Positions 19,501-28,845 of a stretch of DNA of 64,000 bases are shown here, in pieces. The DNA comes from Spirochaetia bacterium (lineage in GTDB: Bacteria > Spirochaetota > Spirochaetia > SZUA-6 > Bin103). Both the position numbers and the translations under genes were made by a program. Positions within the stretch are counted from its first letter, which is position 1. Each line of letters opens with the position of its first letter. The notes below the pieces were generated by a model, which saw nothing but the letters and a program-made list of their open reading frames with translations, ran no database searches and had not been told where the DNA came from. Location: contig CBDBDQ010000005.1 in NCBI GenBank assembly GCA_965203905.1, positions 224,001-288,000 of the forward strand, in the 5' to 3' direction.

Positions 19501-20828
19501 GTGCCCGACCATCCAAAGCCGCTTACGCCGGCCAGCGGTGGATGCTCGGCGTGCGTCGGCCAATCCGTCGCCTCCGCGGTGACCTGCAACGGCAGCCGCT
19601 CCCAGTCCATCTGCGGACTCGGCTTGCGGAAGTGCAGGTGAGGGGGAATGATCCCCTGTTGCATCGCCAGCACCACCTTCATCACGCCGGCGACGCCGGC
19701 CGCCGACTCCAGGTGGCCGATGTTGGTCTTCACCGAGCCGATCAGCAGCGGCCGGTCGGCCGGACGCCCGCGGCCGTAGGCCGCTCCGGTGGCGTTGGCC
19801 TCGACCGGGTCGCCCACCTCGGTGCCGGTGCCGTGCGCCTCCACGTAGTCCACGTCCGCCGGCGCGATACCGGCGCGCTCCAGCGCCGCTTCGATCACTC
19901 GCTGCTGCGCCGGGCCGCTGGGCACGGTCAGGCCCGGGCTCGCCCCGTCCTGGTTCAGCGCCGAGGCGCGGATTACCGCCCAGATGCGGTCGCCGTCCGC
20001 CTCCGCCTCGGCCAGCCGCTTCAGCACCAGGATGCCGCAGCCCTCACCGCGGACGTAGCCGTTGGCCGCGGCGTCGAACGTCTTGCAGCGCCCGTCCGGC
20101 GCCAGCATGCCGGCGTTGGCGCGCAACTCCAGCAACCGCCCGGACAGAATGACGTGCACGCCGCCGGCCAGCGCCAGGTCGGCCTCGCCGCGCAGCAGGC
20201 CCGACGTCGCCTGATGCAGCGCCACCAGCGACGAGGAGCAGGCGGTATCGACCGCCATGGCCGGTCCCTCCAGACCCAGAGCGAAGGCCACCCGGCCAAT
20301 GGCGGTGTTGTAGGAAGAGCCGCTGACCATGTACAGGCTGGCCGCCGGTTCGGCGGGGTCTGCGCCGTCCAGGATCAGGCCGCGGTAGTCGTTGTTGCTG
20401 ATTCCCGCGTACACGCCGGTGCGGCTGCCGGCCAGCCGTTCCGGATCGATCCCGGCGTCCTCCAGCGCGCGCCAGCTCGTCTCCAGCATCAGGCGTTGTT
20501 GCGGGTCGAGCAGTTGCGCCTCGACCGGCGAAATGCGAAAGAACGCGGCGTCGAACAGGTCAACCTCGTCGAGGTAGGCGCCGAACCGGCATGCCGGACG
20601 CCGCTCCGCGGTGTCCGGGAAAAGCTGGCCGACCCGCCCGACCCCGGAACCCGGTTCGCCCTCGGTGATCAGGTCCGCGCCGGCGGCGAGCCGGCGCCAG
20701 AACTCGGCCGGGCTGTCGGCGCCCGGAAAGCGACACGCCATGCCCACGATCGCGATGCGTTGGTCGCCGCGAACTATCTGTCTCCCCTCAGGTTCAGCGC
20801 GCGTTTTTTTGGAACGAAAGGTCGTCAT
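10578..20828 (-). CDS. supA: Type I PKS, SupA-type: KS-AT-DH-cMT-ER-KR-ACP-KS-AT(inactive)
   Basis: KS DTACSSS/HGTGT/NIGH; AT GHSLG; DH HRVFGRLLAP; MT LEVGAGTG; ER HTGAGGVG; KR TGGLGGIG; ACP GMDSL; KS2 LNCASS/HGAGS/NLGH; AT2 GHGLG; no TE. Matches the sponge-symbiont ubiquitous PKS architecture. Confidence 0.92.
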   Translation of the reverse strand: MTTFRSKKTRAEPEGRQIVRGDQRIAIVGMACRFPGADSPAEFWRRLAAGADLITEGEPGSGVGRVGQLFPDTAERRPACRFGAYLDEVDLFDAAFFRISPVEAQLLDPQQRLMLETSWRALEDAGIDPERLAGSRTGVYAGISNNDYRGLILDGADPAEPAASLYMVSGSSYNTAIGRVAFALGLEGPAMAVDTACSSSLVALHQATSGLLRGEADLALAGGVHVILSGRLLELRANAGMLAPDGRCKTFDAAANGYVRGEGCGILVLKRLAEAEADGDRIWAVIRASALNQDGASPGLTVPSGPAQQRVIEAALERAGIAPADVDYVEAHGTGTEVGDPVEANATGAAYGRGRPADRPLLIGSVKTNIGHLESAAGVAGVMKVVLAMQQGIIPPHLHFRKPSPQMDWERLPLQVTAEATDWPTHAEHPPLAGVSGFGWSGTNAHLVLEGNGARPGVEQAHWAAGPAKRIAVSLPAPVAEVPAPRDGLAARACRFLPLSAKSEAALHDLARGYLGWLDEHGAELDGGGAAADPPLSDLAWTAGVGRGHFSYRAGVVFRDAESLREGLLAVAEPDAGAAPRSAAKAAPKVAFAFTGQASQWAGMGQTLYASEPVVRAVLDRCDALLRAERGASLLDVMFGRPGAAGSLDEPAWKQPAIYALECALAALWASLGIRPDVVVGHSLGEIAAAQTAGVFSLEDGLRFAAARGALIGELPEAGAMAVVFAPARRVAAAVEEHNAAATGMGLCVAVDNGSNQVLSGPAADVAAILERFETEQVRVRLLRHSPAYHSALVEPALDDLEAALERVTFAAPAVPLVSNLSGRLLAPGTVPDAAYWRRHAREKVQFRQAVETLAELGVEALVELGPHAVLGPMAVLAWPAAAPDAAPAVLASLRRPARDTPPAEVEGAFAAAVAGAYEAGLPIRFEGLFAGEERRRISLPGYPFQRARHWVPAPRRRRAGAGHPLLGERHESARGEVAFDTELLPDDPAWLADHRVFGRLLAPGALYGAMAAAAAAAEGGGAAVVEEMQLHSPLLLPEGDAADGAGAAAARRVQVLLDATEEAPRRVQILSRGPDDEGWTLHAEAQVASGTAARTPAAPSHVNLETLKAGMEPVDVPAFYRAKAGVGIELGASFRTLRRVWSGAGEAVAEVEFPEELGRNGLTVHPLLLDGCFQVMAAAWSPAGAVRATYLPFGWQRLWLRGPLPDRLICHLRMSQPPPAPVPEGHSEEPEVLTADLLIYHAGGMLAGELRGYLVKRATRSALLAAVEGVQELLYEVVWRDRALAPSVLPAGFLRQPSSVAADSRLFTDFLAAEGVAARDRAALIADQERVAACYALATLDKLGWQRPAGAVIDADELRQKLRVEAEHARLFRRMLELLARAGVLAEQDDGFVVVTGIEDSLPQDVPPDPERFARGMSERYPHAVHEIALFRRCAGALPDVLRGREDPLGLLFGEVEPNAADLYRKAPVWRAANRMLGDAVSALVADLPEGRRLRVLEVGAGTGSATSCVLPALPAGRFDYTYTDISAGFFAEAEARFADSGAPIAYRVLDIETDPLAQGFDAYGYDLVIAANVLHATRYLNETLNHCRQLLAPSGQLVALENQRARAWMDLVFGQLDGWWRFADRYRPHHALAGPAVWRQALADAGFGEIEILGVDESDADVLPDRGVIVARGPAEVTPPRSAWLVVADRCGVAVELAAQLAAQNQAVVVASGESPTDGAFAADERGVVMRAVDVLRRESWRSLVADLPAGVPLGGVVHFAALDGHGSHATAAEMAQDTRRVAGSALALVQGLADADAATASGVWFVTRGAQVLERERGGELAGATLWGFGKVVSREAPHLQARMIDLDPDAPIAVADLASELLSPGAEDHIAYRAGRRQVARLARAGATAGRLVLPAGSDWVLAPDPGGALENLHPEPRPAPSLEPKEVRVEVEARGLNFQDVLRGIRVIGEGPLGEELCGRIVEVGSEVTAVAVGDRVVGLAFGTFGPQAVTREELVAHAPATLPVAALATMPTAFVTAALAYDLAELRPGERVLVHTGAGGVGLAAIQLAQAARAEVFATASAPKRAFLRSLGASRVCDSRSTAFGKEILEATGGTGVDVVLNSLTGEGFIAASLSCLAHGGRFVELSRRDILSKEEMAVVRPDVAYSILELDVLKQDDPARAGAALQQVMARLAAGELSPLVHSLWPLAEAGAAMGFMRDARHIGKIVLTSPPLASGELRRDRTYLVTGGLGGIGCAVAGWLVERGAGAIVLNGRRAPDAAAEEIIATLRDRGATVQVEMADVTDAAALDAMLARMDRELPPLAGVIHSVGVLADAALGNQSWQRFEQVLWPKVLGAWHLHRATAARDLDLFVLFSSVAGVLGNPGQANHAAANAFLDQLAAHRRALGLPGQTIAWGAWSGLGEAEEQRERIAGRRAASGAGWISVEQGLRAFDRLLRADSTAAAVMAVDWPLFGEMLDGRPPLLEDQLAAIAEAGTDGADASDDLPSRLRSAPEEERTGVAVSFLQREVQSVLRLPSPPAPTVGFFELGMDSLMAVELRNRLGRACAGEYVAPNTVVFDYPDIAALAGHLVDALGEPAAATAPQSEPEPPASPPSSGERTGDGIAIVGMACRFPGAPDLAAFWHQLEAGVDAVTEGRRDGGSWSGVSGDPALEDSFARRGGFVDGIDRFDARFFGIPPIGARTMDPQQRMLLETSWQALDDAGIDPDRLRGTRTGVIAGIAPSEYRDLMRAGSADVNYLGTAGSMAVGRVAFQLGLEGPTMPVVLNCASSLVAVHQAVTALRQGEVDLALVGGVNAVLSAGLTREMAELRMLSPDGRCKTFDAAAAGFVRSEGCGMVVLKRLDDAEADGDRIWGVVRGTAVNQNGASAGPTVPNGPAQERVIEAALTCAGVAPSEVDYLEAHGAGSELGDTIEVQAAAAVYGRGRAADQPLLIGSVKTNLGHLESAAGMAGLIKTVLAMQRGVIPRHLHFHDPNPNLDWDRLPVRVTGRPTDWPANGGRTRRAGVSAFGVSGTNAHVVVEAYQAASGTEEWRWPVGAAHQVAAQQEGLKPHAVRLLPLSAKSDDALRELVGRYLTWLDERSGELQGGAGDGLLADMAWTAGVGRSHFAHRAAVVFRDAESLRQRLLALAEAPEFAEPRTATKMAFAYTGQAGHWLEIGAKLYANEPVVRAVLDRCDDTLRPVRGASLLEAMCERHGATRHLDGEAWTRSAIYALQCALTALWSSVGIRPSAVIGHGLGALAAAQATGMLDLEEGLRLAAAERGTGEPTSVALTGGTPPLVDCSTGRIVEPGATVDVAEWRSPAPRPAIATCLRTLADLGIEAIVETAPRALPDALADGCGIPVVRASSAESPGDAAPDAGDATFAEAVAAAYVAGLSVSFAGLFAGESRRRISLPSYPFQRRRHWIDTR

Positions 20829-21071
20829 TGCTGCTCCATGAATTGGTCCTGTAACCCCGATAAATAACCGAATTCACCTTGTACACGTGGACGGCATAGT
20901 CCGCCCGATTGCCCCTGTCGTCAAGCACATCCAGCGCTGCTCACAGCACTCAACCGACTCGGCGCCGCGCCATTCGCAGGCGTTACTCGGCACCTGTTTC
21001 ACGGCCACCGTCATGCCACTCGCAGTGCACCCAGCGCTGGAGTTCACCACCGTACGGTAGTCCGCTGCCGA

Positions 21072-22487
21072 TCAGCGCGCGGTAGCCGCCTGCAGCCACT
21101 CTTCGGCGATGCGGCGATGGCACGCCAGCAGCTCGCCGGTCGCGGCCGCGGTGAGCCTTCCGTCGCTCACCAGGGAGCGGCCCGCGACGACGGTGTGTCG
21201 CGGGACCACCGGGCCGCAGCGCAGCAGCGCCTCGACCGGGTCGGACAAGGCTCCCGCGAACGCGATGCCCGCGACATCCGCGGCGCCGGCCAGCGGCCAG
21301 ACCACCAGGTCGCCCGCGCGCCCCGGCGCCAGGCAGCCGATGTCGTCCCGGCCCAGGCACGCGGCGCCGCCCAGGGTCGCCAGCTCCAGCGCCTCGCGCG
21401 CCTGCATCGCCCGTGCCCCGCCGCGCAGCCGGGCCAGCAGCAGCGCGCCGCGGGTCTCCAGCCAGAGGGACGCGCAGTCGGCCGATGCCGAGCCGTCGCA
21501 GCCGATGCCCACCGGCACGCCCGCGTCGCGCAACTCGCGCACGGGGGCCAGGCCGGCACCCAGGATCTGGTTCGAGCTCGGGCAATGCGCCACCCCCGTG
21601 CCCCAGCGTCCCAGCCGCTCGATCTCCGCCTGATTCGGATGCACACAGTGCGCGACCCAGGCCCGGTCCGACCCCCAGCCGACCCGCTCGAAGTGCTCGA
21701 CCGGACGGCAGCCGAAGGCCTCCCGGCAGTAGGCGTTCTCGCCCAGGTCCTCGGCCAGGTGGGTGTGTAGCCGCACGTCCAGGCGCTCGGCCAGCTCAGC
21801 GGTGCGGGCCATCAGCTCCGGGGTGACCGAGAACGGCGAGCAGGGAGCCAGGGCGATGCGCACCATGGCGCCCGGCGCCGGGTCGTGGTGCATTGCAACC
21901 AGCCGTTCGCTGTCGGCCAGGATCTCGTCGTCCTCCTGCACCACCTCATCCGGCGGCAGGCCACCGTCCTTGACCGACAGGCTCATCGACCCGCGGGTAG
22001 GGTGGAAGCGGAAGCCGAGCTCGCGCGCCGCCGCGATCTCGGCGCTGATCAGGTCGCCGGCGCCACGCGGATGGAGGTACAGGTGATCGGTGCTGGTGGT
22101 GCAACCGCCCAGCGCCAGCTCGCACAGCCCGATCCAGGCCGACACGTAGGCAGCCTCCTCGTCCAGGCGGCTCCACACCGGATACAGGGTGCGCAGCCAC
22201 TCGAACAGGTCCCCTTGCAGCGCCGGCGCGAAGGCCCGGGTCAGGTTCTGGTACAGGTGGTGGTGGGTGTTGATGAGGCCCGGCGTCACCAGACAGCCGG
22301 AGGCGTCGATCACCCGCTCGGCCGCCGGTTCCCGCCCCGGTTGCCCCAGCGCACTGATCATGCCGTCGTCGATTGCGACCCAGCCGCCTGGAATCTCCCG
22401 CCGCTCGGCATCCATCGTTACGAGCAGTTGGGCACCGCGCACGCACAACTCTACGGGTGCTGTGCGCTTCCTCTCATCCACGGGCAT
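21072..22487 (-). CDS. 8-oxoguanine deaminase-like amidohydrolase
   Basis: PGLINTHHHLYQNLTR, LAPCSPFSV, HTHLAE, HCPSSN, GCDGSAS motifs. Confidence 0.85.
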   Translation of the reverse strand: MPVDERKRTAPVELCVRGAQLLVTMDAERREIPGGWVAIDDGMISALGQPGREPAAERVIDASGCLVTPGLINTHHHLYQNLTRAFAPALQGDLFEWLRTLYPVWSRLDEEAAYVSAWIGLCELALGGCTTSTDHLYLHPRGAGDLISAEIAAARELGFRFHPTRGSMSLSVKDGGLPPDEVVQEDDEILADSERLVAMHHDPAPGAMVRIALAPCSPFSVTPELMARTAELAERLDVRLHTHLAEDLGENAYCREAFGCRPVEHFERVGWGSDRAWVAHCVHPNQAEIERLGRWGTGVAHCPSSNQILGAGLAPVRELRDAGVPVGIGCDGSASADCASLWLETRGALLLARLRGGARAMQAREALELATLGGAACLGRDDIGCLAPGRAGDLVVWPLAGAADVAGIAFAGALSDPVEALLRCGPVVPRHTVVAGRSLVSDGRLTAAATGELLACHRRIAEEWLQAATAR

Positions 22488-22506
22488 CGATACGGTTCAC
22501 GTACCC

Positions 22507-22959
22507 TCAATTGCTGCTCGGCGAAGCAAGTCGCGCGCATGCTGACCTCGTTAACAGCCGAGCATTGGCCGCGCGCGAGTATACCCTACCCCGAGGTTGG
22601 ATGATGCGCCGGTCCTTGAAGTCGTCGATCAGGGCGCCATCTCCGGTGTAGAGAAGCCGTACTCCCGTCGCCCTTGCCAACGCGAGCACGTGCGGGTCGT
22701 CAGAACGAATGTGAGGCGCAAGAGCACCTGCGTCTCGTTCGAAATGCTGGGGCGACACGTACACGGCCTTGCCTGCCCTCGAATAGTCCAAGAGCCTGGC
22801 TCTGGTCCTACCGACAACTTCGTCGGCGAACTTGCCTCCGGTCGAATAGACGATGCGTCCACCCTGCTCATCGAGCCATCTTCGCACCGGCGCGGCATCC
22901 GCGTGCACTGGATCGGCAAGGAACAGTCGCAACCGGTTTGCGTCTATGATCATGCACAT
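22507..22959 (-). CDS. PIN-like domain protein (putative ribonuclease)
   Basis: IIDAN at N-terminus, SDDPHVLALA, LLYTGD..L..D acidic motifs typical of the PIN fold. Confidence 0.65.
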   Translation of the reverse strand: MCMIIDANRLRLFLADPVHADAAPVRRWLDEQGGRIVYSTGGKFADEVVGRTRARLLDYSRAGKAVYVSPQHFERDAGALAPHIRSDDPHVLALARATGVRLLYTGDGALIDDFKDRRIIQPRGRVYSRAANARLLTRSACARLASPSSN

Positions 22960-22975
22960 GGAACTCGGTTCAAGC

Positions 22976-24274
22976 TCACTCGAATCCCAGTAACTGATCC
23001 GTTTCCTTCAAGAAAAAGTCTCGATATCCAGCGGGCGTGTGGTGCAGGTTACCGTCGCCATCTAGGCTGATGTTGTGAATCACAACCGAAGTTCTGTTCG
23101 GCTCAAAGTACAGAATCGAAACATCGTCCGGCCTCAACACTCCCTTCCTCATTAGGATCCGTATCCGATCGACTATGTAGTCGCTATGGGTTTCGATCAG
23201 AAACCGGTTTTTGTTCTTTCTCCATGACTCGGCAAATAGCCCGGCAAGACTAGCCTGTGCACGTGGGTGCAGGTGCACCTCCGGCTGCTGCAGGAGAAAC
23301 GTGCGCCGGCTTGCTCTTCGGACGTCCACCAGGATCGGCAAGCTCTGACTAACACCGTAACCAACATCCATGATATTTGCGTAGGACCCAGATCGTACCT
23401 TCACCTGCAACTGAAACGGATCGCTCATTTGCCTGCCATGGCTGCGCACCTTGATGTCGGAAAACAGTCCCGAATCCTGGCCAAACTCCAGCAAGTCATC
23501 GTGCAGCGAACTCCAGTCATCCTTTTCGGTCCGATCCAGCCGCATCATCAACATCGGGATGTGCTCGCCATCCGGCGCGGCGGCCTCACGCACTGGGTCA
23601 TAGGTACGCTTGGGCTTCGACCGAAGCGGTGCAATCGGCACGACCTGTGAAATATCTGGAAGCCATAGTCGCCATCCTACCGGGCTCTCGCGCCCGCGAA
23701 GCAGCCCTGAGAGAGACTCGACGACAGCTCGAACATCCTCCGACTCGAGCAAGTGTCCGTTTGGCCGCAGCAAGTGATCCAAGAGGTAAACCCAGTTGTC
23801 AATGGCATAGTCTATCGATGCTTTTCTTTCGGGAATCTCTAGAATCGTACCTCCGGAACTGCTGCGCCGAATGCTGAGAAACACGTGCTCCTTGAACTGG
23901 ATGTGAATCGACGTTACTACCGGCTGCGATCCTGCTTCAGAAAACGTCACGAGAAGAGGATAGGATCTCAGCCCGGAACTGGGCCTAGGCATGATAGAAA
24001 ATCCGAGTTTGAACTGTTCGATCCGTCCAGTTCGGCCGCGCCCGGACCGCACTATCTCACGGAACGATCCCATCGCAAACGGCTCTTGATTGAAGTCCAC
24101 CGGGTCGCCGGACACAGCGGAGCGCGAAATCAACCGATGGAGAACGCGGTAGCACCCAAGGAACGTAGTTTTGCCTGTGCTATTCTCTCCAACGAGCAAC
24201 GTGATTGGGCCCAGTTTCGCCCTCTGCTCGCCCTGAAAGCATCGCACATCATGCAGTACGAATTCCTTGATCAT
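22976..24274 (-). CDS. ABC-type/AAA_21 ATPase with DUF3696-like C-terminus
   Basis: Walker A GENSTGKT, VGYGVSQ signature, LLQQPEVHLHP, IETHS; lower GC. Confidence 0.85.
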   Translation of the reverse strand: MIKEFVLHDVRCFQGEQRAKLGPITLLVGENSTGKTTFLGCYRVLHRLISRSAVSGDPVDFNQEPFAMGSFREIVRSGRGRTGRIEQFKLGFSIMPRPSSGLRSYPLLVTFSEAGSQPVVTSIHIQFKEHVFLSIRRSSSGGTILEIPERKASIDYAIDNWVYLLDHLLRPNGHLLESEDVRAVVESLSGLLRGRESPVGWRLWLPDISQVVPIAPLRSKPKRTYDPVREAAAPDGEHIPMLMMRLDRTEKDDWSSLHDDLLEFGQDSGLFSDIKVRSHGRQMSDPFQLQVKVRSGSYANIMDVGYGVSQSLPILVDVRRASRRTFLLQQPEVHLHPRAQASLAGLFAESWRKNKNRFLIETHSDYIVDRIRILMRKGVLRPDDVSILYFEPNRTSVVIHNISLDGDGNLHHTPAGYRDFFLKETDQLLGFE

Positions 24275-24348
24275 GAGCCACTCTTCGAACTTACAAGAGT
24301 CTCATATTGGTGTGATTTCGGTCACAGCCCGCGCACAGTACTGTGCCG

Positions 24349-26025
24349 TCAGTGGGTGGTGGCGCCGTAGCTGGCGGAGGAGACCAGGCGCGCGTACTTG
24401 GCCAGCGCGCCGCGGGTGTAGGGGATGGGACGCTCCGGGAGGGCGGCGATCCGCTGCCGGATCTCCTCGTCGGACAGCTCCAGCTGGATCGACTTGTGCT
24501 CCAGGTCGAGGGCGATGATGTCGCCCTCCCGAACTGCCGCGATCGGGCCGCGGGCCTGCGCCTCGGGGGCGATGTGGCCGACCACGATGCCGTGGCTGCC
24601 ACCGGAGAAGCGGCCGTCGGTGATCAGCGCCACGTCCGCGATCAGGCCGGCGCCGGCGATTGCCGAGGTGAGCGCCAGCATCTCGCGCATGCCGGGACCG
24701 CCGCGCGGGCCCTCGTAGCGGATCACCAGCACGTCGCCCTTGTTCACCTGGCCCTTGAGAATCGCCTGCAGCGCGCCCTCCTCGGCGTCGAACACCCGCG
24801 CCGGGCCGCGGTGGCGGCGCACCGTCACCCCGGACGACTTCAGCACCGCGCCCTCCGGCGCCAGGTTGCCCTTGATCACCAGGATGCCGCCGCTTTCCTT
24901 GTGCGGCTTGTCCACCGGGTACACCACGTCCTGCCCGTCGAGGTGCACTGCGACGTCGGCCAGGTTGTCGGCGATGGTGCGCCCGGTGACGGTGATGCAA
25001 TCGCCGTGCAGCAGGCCGGCGTCGAGCAGCATGCGCATCACCATCGGCACCCCGCCCACCTGGTCCAGGTCCTTCATCACGTAGCGCCCGGCGGGCTTGA
25101 GGTCGGCCAGGGTCGGGGTGGTCTCGGCGATCGGGTTGAAGTCGTCGATGGTCAGGTCCACCTCCGCCTCGTGGGCGATGGCCAGCAGGTGCAGCACGGC
25201 ATTGGTGGAGCCGCCGAGCGCCATCACGATGCGGATCGCGTTCAGGAACGCCTCGCGGGTCATGATGTCGCGCGGCTTCAGGCCGCGGCGCAGACACTCG
25301 ATCACCGCCGTGCCGGCGGCGCGCAGGTCCTGTTCCTTGCGCGGATCCACCGCCGGGATCGAGGAGTTCCCCGGCAGCGCCATGCCCATGGCTTCCACCG
25401 CGGAGGCCATGGTGTTGGCGGTGTACATGCCGCCGCACGCCCCCTGGCACGGGATCGCGGCGCGCTCGATGCCGGCGCGTTCTTCCTCGTCGATCCGGCC
25501 GGCGCTGAAGGCACCCACCGCCTCGAAGGCAGAGATGATGTCCACGTCGCGGCCCCGGAACACGCCCGGCAGGATGGTGCCGCCGTACACGAACACGCTG
25601 GGGAGGTTCATGCGCGCCATCGGCATCACGGTGCCGGGGATGGTCTTGTCGCAGCCGCCGATGCCGATGATGGCGTCGAACTGGTGGCCGATGGTGACCA
25701 GCTCGATGGTGTCGGCGATGGCGTCGCGGCTCACCAGCGAGGCCTTCATGCCCTCGTGGCCCATCGCCTCGCCGTCGGTCACCACGAAGGTGTTGTAGCG
25801 CAGCGGGAAGCCGCCCGCCCGGCGCACGCCGTCCTTGGCCTGCTCGGCGAGGTCGTCCAGGTGCATGTTGCACGGCGTCACCTCGGAGCCGGCGCTGGCG
25901 ATGCCCACCAGGGCGCGCTCGAAGTCGGCGTCGTCCATGCCAACGGCGCGCAGCATGGAGCGGTTGGGCATGCGCTCGATGCCGGCGGTCATGTTGCGGC
26001 TGCGACTGTTCAGTGGTGTGCTCAC
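24349..26025 (-). CDS. ilvD: Dihydroxy-acid dehydratase
   Basis: [59 protein letters not shown]; GTG start with AGGAG RBS. Confidence 0.97.
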   Translation of the reverse strand: MSTPLNSRSRNMTAGIERMPNRSMLRAVGMDDADFERALVGIASAGSEVTPCNMHLDDLAEQAKDGVRRAGGFPLRYNTFVVTDGEAMGHEGMKASLVSRDAIADTIELVTIGHQFDAIIGIGGCDKTIPGTVMPMARMNLPSVFVYGGTILPGVFRGRDVDIISAFEAVGAFSAGRIDEEERAGIERAAIPCQGACGGMYTANTMASAVEAMGMALPGNSSIPAVDPRKEQDLRAAGTAVIECLRRGLKPRDIMTREAFLNAIRIVMALGGSTNAVLHLLAIAHEAEVDLTIDDFNPIAETTPTLADLKPAGRYVMKDLDQVGGVPMVMRMLLDAGLLHGDCITVTGRTIADNLADVAVHLDGQDVVYPVDKPHKESGGILVIKGNLAPEGAVLKSSGVTVRRHRGPARVFDAEEGALQAILKGQVNKGDVLVIRYEGPRGGPGMREMLALTSAIAGAGLIADVALITDGRFSGGSHGIVVGHIAPEAQARGPIAAVREGDIIALDLEHKSIQLELSDEEIRQRIAALPERPIPYTRGALAKYARLVSSASYGATTH

Positions 26026-26154
26026 GTGGTGCTCCTGGAGTCTTTGCATTGACGGGACGTGACCCATCGCACCGGTCCGCTCCGGCGGCGCCCGCGAACG
26101 CCGCCGACGTGCGGTTGCGCGGCTGAAGGACCGCCGCCGCGCCCGGCGCACGCA

Positions 26155-26183
26155 ACGGTAGTAACACCGCGAACCGCTGTCAA
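26155..26183 (-). promoter_or_regulatory. Putative sigma70-type promoter of ilvD
   Basis: TTGACA-N17-TACCGT on the minus strand. Confidence 0.4.
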
Positions 26184-26254
26184 CGCGCGCGACCTCAGCG
26201 CACGAGTGCGCGCCTGACACGGATCATGTCGTCGACGGCACCGCAGCGCAGAGC

Positions 26255-26614
26255 CAAGTCCCCTGATTCTCGACCTACATGCCAAATCCTTTGCACAAAC
26301 TCGCAAACTATTGTAACGCATCGATTTACGTTCCCAAGAGTGGTATAGACGTAAGATGGCACTCCATCGATCCAGTCGCGAAATGGCGAATTTCTTGTGG
26401 GTTTTCGACTGATACGCCAGTTCGTGAATTTGACGGATTGGTCCTTGTCTCATTGCCCTACGATGCTGACTATTCTCGTCAATTAATTGTAGAGACACGA
26501 TTTAATAGCGCCGGCTCTACATTGTGCGTAGGAGACCGGACCATCGCGAAATGGCGAACCTCGGAACGTTCCGCCGATTCGCGGCCTGGCGAGAGAGAAT
26601 TCGGTGCTCAGGCG
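26255..26614 (+). repeat. Dispersed ~355-bp AT-rich non-coding element, copy 1
   Basis: Aligns end to end with the reverse complement of 54519-54870 (51/60 identical over 26305-26364). Confidence 0.9.
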
Positions 26615-26678
26615 AGCATTCGGGAAGTCGTGCGGGTCGTGCGTCGGGCCGTGGATCGGTTATTCTTGCCTCAGCCTC

Positions 26679-27592
<914 letters not shown>

Positions 27593-27596
<4 letters not shown>

Positions 27597-28819
27597 GCAA
27601 GCTCTGGCTGGTGGCGCGCAAGGAGCTGACGATGACCGCCGGCACCAAGTCCTATGTGATCACAACGGTGGCCGCGCCCTTCCTCATGGCCGCCTTCATC
27701 GCCGTGCTGGTACTGCTGGGAGAGAACGTGTCCGACAACCGCACGGCGGTGGAGGGCCGCTCCCTGGCGTTCGTCGCGGCCGGGCCACTGCTGCCGGCGA
27801 TCAGGGAGGAACTCGCGGCGCCCGGAGTCGCCGTCGAGGAGGCTTCCGCTGAAGCGGGTCTGGCCGACCGCGTGCGCGCCGGCGAGTTGGACGGATTCGT
27901 CGTGTTTCCCGACCAGCGCCTGGGGCCGGAAGGGCCGCGCTTCGTCACCGACGACATCGCCAACCTTGCGCTGCGCGAGGCGGTCTCCGCGGCGATCGGG
28001 CGCACGGTCGTGCGGCAGCGACTGGCCAACGAGGGGCTCAACGCCGAGCGCATCGGCACGCTGACGCAGCGCCCGCGACTGCAGGTCCGCGCCCTGGCCG
28101 ACGAAGGAGAAGTCGAGCAGGACTGGACCGGAGTGGTCTTCACCGTGATCGCCTTCGTGGTCCTGCTCTACATGACGATCCTGCTCTACGGCCAGGCACT
28201 CGGGCGCGCGATCCTGACCGAGAAGACCGGTAAGACCGTCGAGATCATGCTGTCCTCGCTGCCGCCAACCGCGTTGCTGGCCGGCAAGCTGCTCGGCAAG
28301 GGATTGGCGGGATTGATCCAGGTGTGCGTCTGGGTCCTGATCGGTATCGTGGTGATCGAACTTCTCGGCCCGCGGCTGCACCTTCCGGTGCCACCGCTGG
28401 TACGGGTGGAAACCCTGGCCGCCCTGGTCGGCTTCTTCGTGCTCGGCTTCCTGCTGTACTCCACCGCGTTCGCGATGGCCGGTGCCATAGCCGCCGACGA
28501 GCAGAACTTTTCGCAGCTCCTGTGGCCGGTGATCGTGATCCTGATGCTGCCGATGATACTCATGTCGGGGTTGCTGACCGCCGCCGACGGCCCGCTGGCG
28601 GTGGCGCTGTCGCTGTTCCCGGCGACCGCGCCAGTGGTGATGTTCATGCGCGTGATCCTTGGCGAACCCGGCCCCCTGCAGGTGGTGGTGTCGGTAGCGG
28701 GCATGGTCCTGGTCACCGTCATCGCGGTGTGGGCCGCGGCCAAGGTGTTCCGCCTCGGCATCCTGCTCACCGGCAGCAAGGGCTCCCTCGGCGAGATCGT
28801 CCGCCTCCTGCGCGCCTGA
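27593..28819 (+). CDS. ABC-2 exporter permease (NatB/YhaP-like)
   Basis: 1+5 TM layout, EK.GK.VEIMLSS, LLAGKLLG; ATGA overlap with ATPase. Confidence 0.88.
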
Positions 28820-28845
28820 TCCCCGGAAGCGCAACTCGACGTTGC

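Noticed and set aside
11439-20867. Very long plus-strand ORFs (1122 aa, 1254 aa, 514 aa) opposite the PKS
   Set aside because: Antisense shadows of high-GC coding sequence; no motifs, typical reverse-frame composition.
26305-26590. Possible CRISPR array from recurring TCGCGAAATGGCGAA
   Set aside because: Only two 15-bp units ~170 bp apart, spacers conserved between copies, no cas genes.
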